In this document: positions 1-16,272 of the stretch, one piece after another
Layout: every line of letters begins with the position of its first letter
Position numbering within the stretch: position 1 is the stretch's first letter
Source: the human T2T-CHM13v2.0 reference genome, Homo sapiens
Length of the DNA stretch: 64,000 nucleotides
NCBI RefSeq assembly: GCF_009914755.1
Contig: NC_060931.1
Reading direction: 5' to 3' (one strand)
Program-made: the position numbers and the translations under genes
The notes under the pieces: generated by a model
Told to the model about the DNA's origin: nothing
The model's database searches: none
The model's input: only the letters and a program-made list of their open reading frames with translations

Positions 1-426
1 ACAGCCTCCCCAGGCCTGACTTCCTCCCCCAGCAGGCCACTTTCCCCTGGTGCCCAGGTGTTGGCCGGACTCCGACTACAGCAAGGAGGAAGGAGACAGG
101 GCTGAGGACCTCCCTTTCTGCTGCTGCTCTTAAGCGCCAACCACCCTCCAAACAAGTGCCATCTGGGATCCCCCTGGGCCTAGATGAGGTCCCACCATAG
201 ACGTTTTCTGAATGTACCTATGTCCATCTCAGTCAGCCCTGATGCTTATGTTCTGTGTCATGTAGTCTAACTGGTAGTAGGGATTGTAGTTAGCTTGGAA
301 GTTTGGGGTATCTAAACCCGCACCTTTGCTGAGCCATCTAGCCAGAGATCCCACCATCCAGCATATGGCACCAGGGTTCATCTGAGTATAAATTCAAGGA
401 ATGAGCTAGGAGCCATCCTTCCTCTC

Positions 427-2276
<1,850 letters not shown>

Positions 2277-2999
2277 TAAGGGGAGGAGGATCAGAGAGTT
2301 ATGGGGACTGTGGAGGGGAGATATTGCAGGTTGGAGTCAGCGCCTCTGGTCAGTCTTCCTCTCCCCCATACTTCTTCATGGAGGCCTCAGTTACTGCCTG
2401 CCTTCCAATGGATAAACAGCTTCATCGGCTGCACCCACCATGCCCTAAGAGGGGCTGTTGGAGGACAGAGGCCGTCACTGGCCCTTCCCTGTCTCTGAAG
2501 CTGGTAGATGTTTGCCGAGTGAACTCAGACCTGGTGTTGTCCAAGGCACAGCCCCAGCACAGAGAGGTGCAGCCCACAGGCAGCCATGGAAGGGACTCAC
2601 TGCCTGGATGGACAGTGGGGGCATGGACCCGCAGAACTCGCTGATGCCCTTGAGCTCCCTGTTGCCCCACTTGAGCTCAGCACAGCACGAGCTCTGGGTT
2701 CCAGGAGAGGCTATGGGAAAGGCCCCTTTCAGGCCCCTCAAAGGCCATAGGGCATCTTGTCGGGGACAGTTTGTCACCCCAGGGCTTGGGGAGAGAGACT
2801 TGGACCAAGCCCAGGATGATTTGATGGGGAAAAAATGCCCCCAGGAGGAGCATCATATCCTGACTGCCAAGTCAGCCCAAGCTTATCGCAGTCTCGTCCT
2901 CAGCGTCCCCACTGGGAGAGCAGGGGGGCTGCAGGCCTGGGGCGGAGTGGGGAGGGCCTGTGGCCCCGAATCAGAGGGTGGGGCCTGGGTCACCCTTGT

Positions 3000-3186
3000 A
3001 CTCCCTCTTCTCTGTGCTTCCCTGTCTCTTTCCCTCCTGTCTCTAGCTCTCCCTATCTGTCTCTCTCCCAGTGTCTCTGTCCCTCCCTGTCTCTGTCCCC
3101 TGCTCTCTCTGTTTCTGTTCTATCTCAGCATTCTCTGTCTCTTCATCTCTGTCTCTCCCTCCGTCTCTCCTTCCTTGCTTCCCTCC
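3000..3186. repeat. CT-rich low-complexity tract
   Basis: Almost purely pyrimidine CTCT/CTGT run. Confidence 0.75.
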
Positions 3187-3397
3187 AGGACATCCAGCCC
3201 CTCTCTGGGCCTCATCCTGCAGACGAGCCCTGCCCCCACCCCCACCCTGCCTTGGGTCCAGAACCTCCTCCCCTTCTTGGGGCCACTAGAGGTGACTGCA
3301 GTCCACACAGCCACCCCACGCTGGCCTGCACGACCTGCTTCCCTCATCTACCCACCTAGAGTGCTGAGGTGGGGCCATTCTGGGATCCTGGAGCAGG

Positions 3398-3550
3398 GCA
3401 CAGGTGTGGTCAGGGCACAGGTGTGGTCAGGACACAGGTGTGGTCAGGGCACAGGTGTGGTCAGGACACAGGTGTGGTCAGGACACAGGTGTGGTCAGGG
3501 CACAGGTGTGGTCAGGACACAGGTGTGGTCAGGACACAGGTGTGGTCAGG
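3398..3550. repeat. 17-bp minisatellite, 9 copies (RCACAGGTGTGGTCAGG)
   Basis: Nine tandem units counted directly; they differ only by G/A at the first position. Confidence 0.95.
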
Positions 3551-4574
3551 GCTGTGCTTCAGCATTGCCCAGGGTCTGCAGAAGGCACTCAGGTTAGGAT
3601 GAGACTGATGGGTGGTGAACAGAAGTCCCACCCCCAGTCCCAGTGGGGAAGGGGCAGTCACAGGTGCCCGAGCCCACCCTGCCCCACCCTGGGCCTCATC
3701 AGTGGCCCCCTTGAGGTCCTCCTATAATCTCCAGCGGTGCAGGCCACAGAGGCGCGGGGACTTCTGGCACGCGCCCTCCAGGAACAGGCGTGCCTGTCTT
3801 GTGGGCCAGGACCCAAGGAAGCGGTGGGGGCAGGAAGGGAGCGGGCAGTGCCCCGGGTATCCCAGGGGTCAGCCAGGAGGTGGGTGGGGCAGGGGCAGCT
3901 AGGGAGCCCCCCGTGGGCCCAGCCGGGTCTCTGCTGGCCACGGCTCCCTGGTATCCTGCTCCAGGAGACCCCTACTCTATGGCCGGCTCTGCTCACATCC
4001 AGAGGGGGAAGGGGTCAGGCCGAGGGATGTGCAAGAGGGGTGGGACCTGAACCGGACTTGGAGTCCTCCCGTCTGCAGGACCCTGGGCCCAAGGAGGACC
4101 CTCCGTGGTCTCTGTGGTGGGAGCAGAGCACCGCCCTCCCTTCCAGACGACCCCTGCCTCACATCTTCCCTCTCTGCCCTATGCTGGGTGGGGCTCTGGG
4201 CACTTCACACACGTGGGTTGCTGGAGCCTGGACTTGAGGAAGCCTGACTCCAGCACTGCTGGCCACCAGGGTCCCAGGCATCCTTGCCTTGTCACTTCCC
4301 TCTGGCTTTAGCTCAGATGCGAAGGTGCTGTCATCTGCGACCCCTCTAAGGGAGGCTCCCCAGGGAGGCCCGAGGGGCAGTTTAATGAGGAAACAACGTG
4401 GCCAACACGTGTCTCCCGGGGAGCAGTCAGGGCCTCCTGCTCTTGTCCCTGCCCCCGAGTCCCTTGTTCTCGCCATCCCCTCCACTGCACCTGTGAGGGG
4501 CCTCCAGGCTGGGTGACATCTGAGCATTCGCGGTCCAAGTGGTGTGGGGACTGGGGTCGAGAAAAGGAGAGGGG

Positions 4575-4872
<298 letters not shown>

Positions 4873-5900
4873 GAAAAGGAGAGAGGCTGGTGGCTGGAGG
4901 CAGGGGTGGAGGCAGGGGGTCGCCTGCCCACTGGCTGCTCCTCCGTCAGCCTCCTGTCATGCACACCCCGCACACGTGTGCACCACCGCTCAAACCATAA
5001 ATATGGGCAGGGCCAGGAGCAGCACGTGGGGCTGAACACTGGGCGTAGTGGCTCCTCATCCCCCGCCACCATGCACAGCCTCGCTGAGCCCCCAGGCCCA
5101 GCCCTGTGCCTGCCCGGCCCTCAGTCTTGCCATCTGGTCAGTGGGTGGGGCTCCCACATCTCCAGGGGTGGCCCCCCGAACACCTACAGTCGGGTGAGTC
5201 TGTTTATGAGCCGGGACTCCCACCCCAATCCCAATTCTCCCAATTCTCTTTGGGTCAGGAGGGGAAATTGAGGCCCAGAAGGTCACTCTAGCCTCCTCTG
5301 GAGCACGGCCCCTCAGGCGCTGGCAGGGTGTGGGCTGGTCCTGTCTGTCTGTCCATTGTTCCACGGCCACCAGGGCCCCTGACCACCCCACCCCCACTGC
5401 AGAGAGGAGGCCCTGTGGGGAGGGAGTGGGGCGGGGTGCCGTGGAGGGGGCCTGGGGGGTGTGGGGAGGGCCAGACCTGTTAACAAGCTTCTTCCCAGCC
5501 TCACCCGCCTTCAACTCCCCAGCCCTTCCCAGGCGGAAAATTCAATTAGTCTCGAGCAACTGCTTTGCTGAAGAGCCAGAGAAAGGGGACCCGCCTGGCG
5601 GCTGTTGTGTGTGTGGGGGGAGGGGGGATGAGGGGGATGCAGAGGCAGCAGGAGGGAGGGTTAGGAGGTAAACAGGCTGCTGGTGCATGCAGTCCACCGG
5701 GTCCCTGTCTCTGTGCGTCTCTAGAGGTGGGTCTTTGTATGTGACTGTGTGTCCTGGGCCCCTGTGTGCCCACCTCTGCTCCTGCACAAACACAGCCCCT
5801 GGAATATTCCGTGTGTGCCCCTCTGTCCCCTTAGCCAAAGCGTCAAACCGGCTCATCTTAAGTCAAGCTCGGCTCTAGGTTCTCATGGCTGGGTGCCTGA

Positions 5901-6597
<697 letters not shown>

Positions 6598-9500
6598 TAA
6601 ATGTTGAGTACATTGATGAAGTGCCCAAGGGGGTCTGAGCACAACTCTCAGGCCCACATAGGAGTTTAGAAATGACAATGAGTTCTGCACGCCCCTCTCT
6701 ACCTGGTGGACTCCTATGCATCCTGCTATGGCCTGATTTTCAGTACCCTCTCCTCCAGGAGAGGCTCTGAGGATCAGTGAGAACAAGCATTGCAGCTTGG
6801 CCTCAGCCTGAGGTGTCTGTGCTTTCCTCTGGGACCCTCTCCCCTGGTCTCTAGCCCATGGTCTCCCAGGTCCCACCCAGGTACCCCTGATGGGATGAGG
6901 GGCAGACCTCCTTACTCTGCTGTGATTGCATCCCGGACCTGCAGGGAGAAGAGCCGGCCAGCCTGGCCTCTACCCAGAAGCAATCTGTGCTGCCCGGAGT
7001 GCAGGATGGGGACAGAGCTGCCCATCTGACCAGCCCTGCCGCACTGCCCTCTTCCTCCCTCCACCTTCCCTGGCCCTAAAGCCCCCAATCCCTGCATGAG
7101 GAGTGGGGGGTACCCAGTTGAGTCAGACGCTCGTGGGTGTCCAGGAGCTGGGGGCAGCCATGGACAGGGCGTTCCTTCCCAGGTCGGGGGGGCCCTGCTC
7201 CCAGTACACAGGAGGGTCTGGGGCCACCAGGCGCACAGGAAGCCTCGGGAAAATTTGTCAAAGGGCTGAGGGAGTCACCCACAGGAGGAACAGGGGGTGA
7301 CGGGCATGGACAGGGTCCCCAGACCCTGCCGGGGTGGGGCCCGGTGCCCATGTGACCTGTCAAAGCGGGTTTGGGATGGGGAGGGGGCCCCAGGGTCTGC
7401 TGGGGAAGGAGGGGGCGTGGGAAGGGCCAGATGTAGGGAGGGGCAGCGTGTGCAGGAATGCGGGCGGCCCCTCCTCTTCCCCGAGAGACAGAGGCAGATG
7501 GCAGGCTGGGGGCGCTGAGGATGGAGGGGGAGGCCAGCCAGCCCCGGCTCTGATGGGTGCCTATGGCCCCTCCCCCAGAGTTGAGGGGGACACAACCTTC
7601 TCAAGTTCCCAGCCCCATAACCTCTGCCAGCTGCGTGCAGCTGGGGCCATGCCCGGAGGAAACCCAACACCATGGGGGGGTGGACCCCGGGCCCGGCTGC
7701 TTCCTCATCAGGACTGTTTGTGAGCTGCTGGGATGCTCATCCCAGGGGCTGCAGGCCGGTGCTACAAGAAGTGACAAGGGTGGCCCCCAAGCCCGGGTGT
7801 CACCACCCCAGTAAAGGCTGGAGGGTGCTGCGTAGATGCAGCTCCCTGCTTGGAGGACCGCCTAGCGCACCCTGTGATCACAGTAGCCCCTCACGAGCTC
7901 CAAGCTGCACACAACCTCCAGGAAGAACAGGATCCTGAAGCTGGAGAGGTCGAGGCCAGGTTAGGGTATGGGGTACCCAGGGTAGGGGAGGCAGGAGCAA
8001 GAAGCTGCTCAGCCTCCACTCTTGAGCCTCAGTTTCCTCACAAGGGCCCTGGCCCCCAGCAAAGGGCTGTGATCTCACCTCCTAGCTGGCCAACCTCCCA
8101 AAGCTCCTTTCTCACGTGCGGGCCTCATCGAGTCCCTTAGTGGGACAGGGCAGAGCCCACCCGGAGGTCCCATGGAGAGCCTGCCTTTGCCCCCATCCCT
8201 ACCCTGGAGCTCTGCACTCCCTCAAGTATACCCTACTCTTCAGGCAGGGAGACTGAGGCCCTGCCCAGAGCTGCCCCGTCTCAGCTCCCTGGTTCCTGCC
8301 CAGAGCCCGGAGTGGGGGCTGTGTGGGGAGGGGCTGCCAGATGGCTGTAATCCCATGTCAACAGGGGTTTAGACACCTGCTCAGCTCCTTGCCACCCCCT
8401 CAGGCCTGCCCCGCATTCCGGCACATCTCGGCTTCCAAGGGGCTTTCCCCACTTGGCTGGAGTCTGGGCCTCCCACACTGGGGTGGGGGTGCTGTCTCCC
8501 CACCCCTGCCCCATCTGAAGCACAGACTTCACAGCCTGGTCTCAAAGGCCAGGCCTGCCGCTGCCCCCACTCACTGTCCTGCCACGGGTCCAGGCCTGGG
8601 AATGGGCTGGGCACTGTGGCAAATCACACGAGTGAATTTTCTGGACAATTGGGGCTGGAGATGTGGTGGTGTCTGAAGCAGCATCATGGGGCTGGGTCAG
8701 GGAGGCTGAGGCCCCCACTTGGTGCTGAGCCGCAGAGGAGGGATGGCAAGAGGTCTTGGGAAGGGGTCTACTGCTGGGGCAGAGGGTCCCAGGGCTGAGC
8801 TCCGGGGTGGCCAGGTCAGGTGGGCAGGACCTGGTGGGTGGAGGCTGGGGGAATGGTGAACGGGGCAGGCAGAGCTGGAGGCCAGGGCCCTGTGGAAGGA
8901 GCCAGGACCGGGGTCTGTGAGACAGGAGGGCCCAGTGCCCACATGGCTGAGGCTAGCTCTGGGACAATCTCCTGATGCGGACATGGGTCACGTCTGGAGA
9001 CAAGCCCTTGGAGGAACTGGAGCTTAGAGTTGTAGTTGGAGCTGGGATCAGCTGGGAATGAGGACAGGGGTCAGGCGAGCCTCGGGGGTGCTAGCTTCTT
9101 CCCATGCTGGGATCCCTGCTCTGTCTATCCAGGTGACCTTCCCCTGCCCTACGCTGTGGCCCACAAGCCTGACTTGAGCCAGCTCATCCACTTAGGAAAT
9201 GCAACCCCTGGCCAGAGCACGTCCACAATGAGGACTGCCCCCAGCGACGCCCCACCCTGGACCCCTGTTTAGTGGTAGCCAAGCCAGGTAACACTCAGCC
9301 CCTCTCAAGCCTGGGAGTCAGACCAGGTAACACGCAGGCCCTCCCACTCAGGGTCTGAGTCTACGTGGGTCCTGGACATTCCGTTCCGACCTGCAGGGGT
9401 GCCGAGAGGGTTGGGGAGGAAGGTGGAAGCTGGTTCTTGTTCCGGCCCAGCACCTGGCCCCCTGGCCACCCCACCCACCCTGGAAACCCCCCTCCTGGCT

Positions 9501-10327
9501 CCCTTCTTTCAGAGTGGGACAGGCCTTTCAGGGCTAGGAACGGAGGGCCTGGATTTCCATGTCAATGGCGAGGCAGGCCCGCCTGGTAAGCTGCTTAACA
9601 AGCCTCCAGCCCCATTGGGGTGTTAACTCAGGCCCCATTCTCCGGGCCCAGTCTCGCGGTTGCCATGGTGCCCTGCGTGGCCCTTTGGGCCGCGGCTAAT
9701 CCCTTCTCTGGGCCTCTCATCCCGGCTGTCCCACCCCCGGGCTGGTCGCTGGTGACTTGGCCATGCCCAACAAGGCTGGTTTCTCTGCCGGGGTCAGGGG
9801 AGGTCATAAATCCAGCCCCCGTGGTCCCCAGCCCCTCGGCCCCGGCGCTTTGTCCCCGCCACTGTCCCCACATCCCCGGCCCTCCCGCTCTGGGAACTCC
9901 AGTGGTGGGAAGCGCGTTTGCCAGGTGGTCAGCCCCTCTCCCTGAGGAGAGAAGGGTCCCCGGCCCTGCCCTGGCTCTCTCCTGCACCCTGGTCACTATC
10001 ACCCCTTATTCTCCCTCCTTTCCACTCCAGCCCTTCCAGGAATGAGCCAGGCTCATCCCTCAGGGCCTTCACTCCAGTCTTCTCATCCTTGGGTCGGGAG
10101 CGGTGAGCTCTTCCCCAGCCCGCGTCCCCGAAAGTCTCCCCTGGAATGACCCTTCCTTCCTCCGAGAGGCTGCAGGCCTGGCCCCCCCATCCTGTGGCAC
10201 TGTCCCTTCTAGCACTCCATGAGAATCACGTGCTGTCCACCCTAATCCAGGGGGCAGGCCTGCAGCACCCAGGATGTGGCTGGCCTGTGGCAGGCTCTGC
10301 CACTCTGCGTGAAAGATAGCAGCTCTC

Positions 10328-10999
<672 letters not shown>

Positions 11000-11506
11000 T
11001 CAAAGGGTTGGTCACCCCCGGGGTCCGGGCTGACCTGACTCCACCTTTGGGGTCTCACCTGAGCCAGCTCCTCCCTGGCCCCAGAATCTCACCTCAGAGA
11101 CCACCTTCCCTCCTTCCAGCAGCGTCTGTTCCCAGAAGACAGGATCCCGGGATCCTGGAATTCCCGGCCGAGGTGTGATCTAAGGTTCACCAATTAGCCT
11201 GGACTCCAACTTCATGCTTGCTCCCCGGCCCTCCTCCCCTGCCAGCTTCTGCTTACCTGCCTCCCAATAGGGAGCTCACCATCTGGGCAGTTCGGACAGG
11301 GAGAAAGTGTCTCCTTGGGTGTTTGCTTCCAGATCTGGGCTTGGGCTTGGACGGCCGGGAACCATAGCTCAATGGGCTTTGCCCCTGCTGGTGGCTCCCA
11401 GCCTTGGGGTGCAGTGGGTGACTGCTCGCTCTCAGCTCTCAGCTCCCTGGCTGGGCCGTGGGTGAGTGGCTGTTGGCCAGGGCCTAGGCCCTATATACCC
11501 AAGCAT

Positions 11507-11852
11507 CCCCTGAAGGTGCAGTGCAGAGGGGCCCAGCCTGTCCCCTAGAAGTGAGGTGCAGAGGGACCCAGCCTGTCCCCTGAAGGTGGGGTGCAGAAGG
11601 GCCCAGCCTGTCCCCGGAAGGTGGGGTGCAGAGGGACCCAGCCTGTCCCCTGGAGGTGGGGTGTGGGGGGCCCAGCCTGTCCCCTGGAGGTGGGATGTGG
11701 GGGGCCCAGCCTGTCCCCTGGAGGTGGGGTGCGGGGGACCCAGCCTGTCCCCTGGTGGTGGGGCATTGGGTCCCAGCCTGTCCCCTGGAGGTAGCTGTGG
11801 GAGATCTAGCCTGTCCCTTGGCCATGGGGAGTGGGGGTCCCAGCCTGTCCTC
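11507..11852. repeat. 33-35 bp G-rich minisatellite, about 10 copies (core CCCAGCCTGTCCCCTGGAGGTGGGGTG)
   Basis: AGCCTGTCC core recurs 10 times at 33-35 bp spacing. Confidence 0.92.
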
Positions 11853-13689
11853 CCCACAGCTGGGCATGTACTGAGGGTTGCCCACAGCCTTTATTGCCCT
11901 TCGGTGTCTCATGGAAATTTCGTGGGGTTGGAAGGACAAGAAATGGTCCCATTTGGCAGCTGAGTAAACTGAGTCTTAGGAGGAAAGGCTGAGGCCTCCT
12001 GGGGGAGGCAGAGGCTGACACTGACCCTGCGGGTCCTGCAGCTAGAGGGAAACAGCCCCAGCCCACGTCTCACTGACGCCCTCTCCCCTCGGGATGGCTC
12101 TCGGACTCCTGTGGCCCAGACACCCACGCCCAGGCCCCCTCCCACGAGCCACCACCAGGGCTCTCGGCTCCCTGAAGCCCACCCTGCCAGGGGCAGTCCC
12201 GAAGGTGGGGGCCATCGGGGTGGGACGCTGAGCAATGCTGGGGTGAGGGGACAGGAGGTGCAAGATGAGGTGAGGGTGCTAGGACCCCGGGAGGTGGGCG
12301 GAACACGGAGGTCATTTGGGGTGGGGGGTGTGTGGTAGGGGGTGTGCTGGCTGGGCGGGACCCCGGGAGATGGGGGGAGCGAGGAGGTCATTTGGGGGTA
12401 TGGGGGGTGTGAGGTGAGAGAGGCCAGCTGGGGGGAGGGTCACGGAGGCCTCTGGGCAGAGTGGGAGGAGGAAGCTCCTGTCAGCCTCAGTTTCCCCATC
12501 TGCCACAGGAGCTGAGGAGGGGTTTGGCACCTCTAGGGCTTCTCAGGAGGTCTGGCAACAAGGCCTCCCATACACCCCGCATTGGGGAGGGATGGTCAGG
12601 GGCCGGGACAGCAGGAAGAAGGGATTTCGGGGAGGACAGGCGGGGGAGCTTCTCCCTGCAGTCTGTGCGTGGGTGAGAGCGAGATTCCAGAACTCTCCGG
12701 GGAGACTGTGGAAGATCTGCAGCCGCTGTGCTGTCTCAGCCTGTGGCTGCCCCGACCCTGCGCTTCCTGTCCGGACCCCCTCCCAGAGACCCTCAGCTGA
12801 CACATCGTGGGGGTCGGGCTCCTCTGCCGAATGGGAGACTTCACAGCCCAGAGAAGACATGAGACTTGCCCAAGGCCACACAGCAAGAACCCATGACTGC
12901 CTGCAGAATCAATGCACGAATGAATGAATGTCCTGGTGGGCTGCTGTGTGAGCTGTCTGTGCCATGGGCTGACTCTTGGAGTAGCAGAGCCTTTCTGCTG
13001 CCCTCACGGCTGTACCTGCAGGTGGTCTCCTGTCCCCGGGTTCTGTCCTGGGGTGGAGGTGGGCAGAGACAGCAGACTTGCCCACAGCCACCCCTCTGGC
13101 TGCGGTGGCTGGCACAGGCTGCGCTGGGGGTGCACGGGTCTGCCGTTGTGTGGGCACCTGCAGCCGTGCCAGGCAGCGAGTTGGAGCAGGCCCGCCCACA
13201 TGGGAATGGGCCCAGCCTCCTGCCTGCAGGGGCCCGAGGCCCCCAGCCCCCAGCCCTGCCTTCCTCCATCCACCCCCAGCTGATCCTCCCACTCCTTGGC
13301 ACCCACTAACCTCACATGGTCTTTCCTCAGGCCTGCCCTCTCTGGGGCTCAGTTTCCTGGCTGTGGCAAGGCAGATAAAAGCAACCCCTAGGGCACAGCT
13401 GTGGGACTCAGAGACCCCGTGAAGGGCACAGGCTTGGTGGAGGGGGTCTCACTGGGGAGTCCGGGGGGAGAGGGCTCAGCCTCCAGGCAGGCAGACCTGC
13501 ATTCAAGCTCCTGCTCCTATTTTAAAACCAGTCCCTGATCTAAACCGTATGCCCATGGCCAGGGCTCGGCAGTGAACAAGACAGGTGAGGCCCCGGCGCT
13601 TTGAAGTTCCCAGCACAGCTGGGACTGTGAGACAATTATAATGGTCATGGTAAGAATAACAGCGGCCTGGCACTGCACCCTCACCGTGT

Positions 13690-13870
13690 ACCATACCCGA
13701 TGCCTTGTGTCATCTGCACAACACCCTTCAAAGCGGGCCTTCTAGTTATTCCCATTTTACAGCTGAAGAAACTGAGGCACAGACAGGTTGTGCCACTCAC
13801 GTAAGGCCACCCAGCTAATAACTAGCAGAGGCAAGATGGAAGCCCTGGGAGTGTGGATCCAAGAGGCAGA
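13690..13870. mobile_element. MIR fragment
   Basis: TTATTCCCATTTTACAGCTGAAGAAACTGAGGCACAGA matches the MIR core. Confidence 0.7.
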
Positions 13871-15558
13871 TGAACTGGGCTGGCTGACGGCCTTGAGCAA
13901 AGCACCCAGCCCTTCTCAGCCTCAGTTTCCCCCTGAGGTTCTGCTGCCAAACCCAGGGCAGGTCTGGGAAAGGGCAGACAGGGAGTCGGCTTGCAGAGCT
14001 GTCGGGCTGTGGGCCCCCAGCACCAGGAGTCTCCCTTTCAGGACCTGTGAAATGGGGTCATGGTCCTGACCCCTAAGGAGGACTGCGTGGCTAAGGAGCT
14101 GCTTGGAAGCCCCTGGCCTGCAGCCCACCAGCCTCACCTGGGCCGACGCCCTCCACCAGCACGGGCCAGGGGCTGCAGAGAAAGCCTCAGGCATGAACAT
14201 CGTAGGGGGCGGGCACAGGGGTCGTGGGAAGGGGCTTCGGGGGAGGTCCCTGTGGACACACCTGAGCAGCCCGGCCTCCTGGGGGCTGCGGGAGAGGCAG
14301 CAGAGCCAGCCCGCTCAACAGCAGGGCCACAATTGCCTGTGGCCCCTGGGGAGTGACACCCCCCCCCCCCCCCCGGCTCCACAGAGGCGAGGATGGGAAG
14401 AGGCGGAGGAACCGGCTGTGCGGGACACCTGAGCCCCGGACCAGGCCTCCCAGGGGGTGGCCGCCTTGGGGCTGAGAGGCAGAGAGGAGGTCAGTTCCCA
14501 CCGCCTCCCCGCAGAGGCCCTGGGAGGAAGCGGGTCAGCAGGTGGTGGGCCAGCTGGGGCCTGGGCCTGCCCCAACCCGCATCTGCTGGGCAGGGGCGTC
14601 CAGGCCAGCGCCTCCTGGCCTCAGTTTCTGGATCTGTCACTAGGGACACTGTCCCTCCCCTCTCTGGCCCCTGGGAGCAAGGCTGGTGTGCAGAGCCCTT
14701 ATCCCATTTCGCAGACGGGGACACTGAGACCCCCGGCAGGGCTCATGGGTGATGCAGGAGTGTTCCCAGCTCTGCTGCCGCCTGGCCGCATGTCAAGGTC
14801 GAGGAAGGCATCAGCAGGTGGACGCTCGGAGACCTGGCTTCAAATCTTGACCCTACCACCTCCGGGCTGGGGGAGCACCGAGCCTTGGTTTCCACATGGT
14901 GTAAATGGCGCTTTGGAAGATCAACTGAGCCTGCGCTTGGCACAGGTGATTATGGGGTGGAAAGCACCTTCCGGCTGGTGGAGCAAGTGCTGGAAGCCGG
15001 GACTCGCTGGCCCAGGGCCTGGTGGCCGCTGGCCCGGAGCTCATGCCCGGACCTGAGGGCTGGGGGAGAAACATCCTGCCCGTGAGTGGGCCTGGCATGA
15101 GGTCTATGGCGGGCCTGGGGCTAAGGGCCCATCTCTGTGTCTATGTGCGCCCCTCTGGGCCTGACGTGGGGTCTATGGCAGGCCTGGGGCTTAGGACCCA
15201 TCTTTGTGTCTGTGTGCACCCCCTGTTTCTTGTGCCAGGCAGGTGCCTGCAGTCCCTAGAGCTGGGCAGGGGGCACAGGGGCCAGGCGTTTTCTCTCCAT
15301 TCTTTTCACACAGGGGCGGGGACCACAGGCCGTGTTCCTAGTGGGCAGGCACGGTGCTGGCCTCTCCTTGAGAGGCCTGCCTGCACCATCAGGCCTCAGC
15401 CCCCCAACTTATACTTCCCAGCCCTCCTCGCTGTCCCCCAACTTACACATGCCAAGGGAGGCCGCCATGGCTCCCGAGCCCACCTGGATGAAGTGCAGGG
15501 GACCTGGCTCAGCAGTGAAAGAAGACCCAACTTCCCAGATTCCTGGTATTTTGGGGTG

Positions 15559-16272
<714 letters not shown>

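Noticed and set aside
3398-3550. Regular repeats resembling a CRISPR array (also 11507-11852 and 56451-56643)
   Set aside because: No unique spacers, no cas genes, eukaryotic context; these are minisatellites.
2458-3597. 379-aa ORF with a hydrophobic stretch and repeats
   Set aside because: Runs through a CT tract and the 17-bp VNTR; no recognisable domain.
12280-12410. Two-copy direct repeat (similar ones at about 15095-15225 and 22320-22420)
   Set aside because: Ordinary degenerate local duplications with no further signal.
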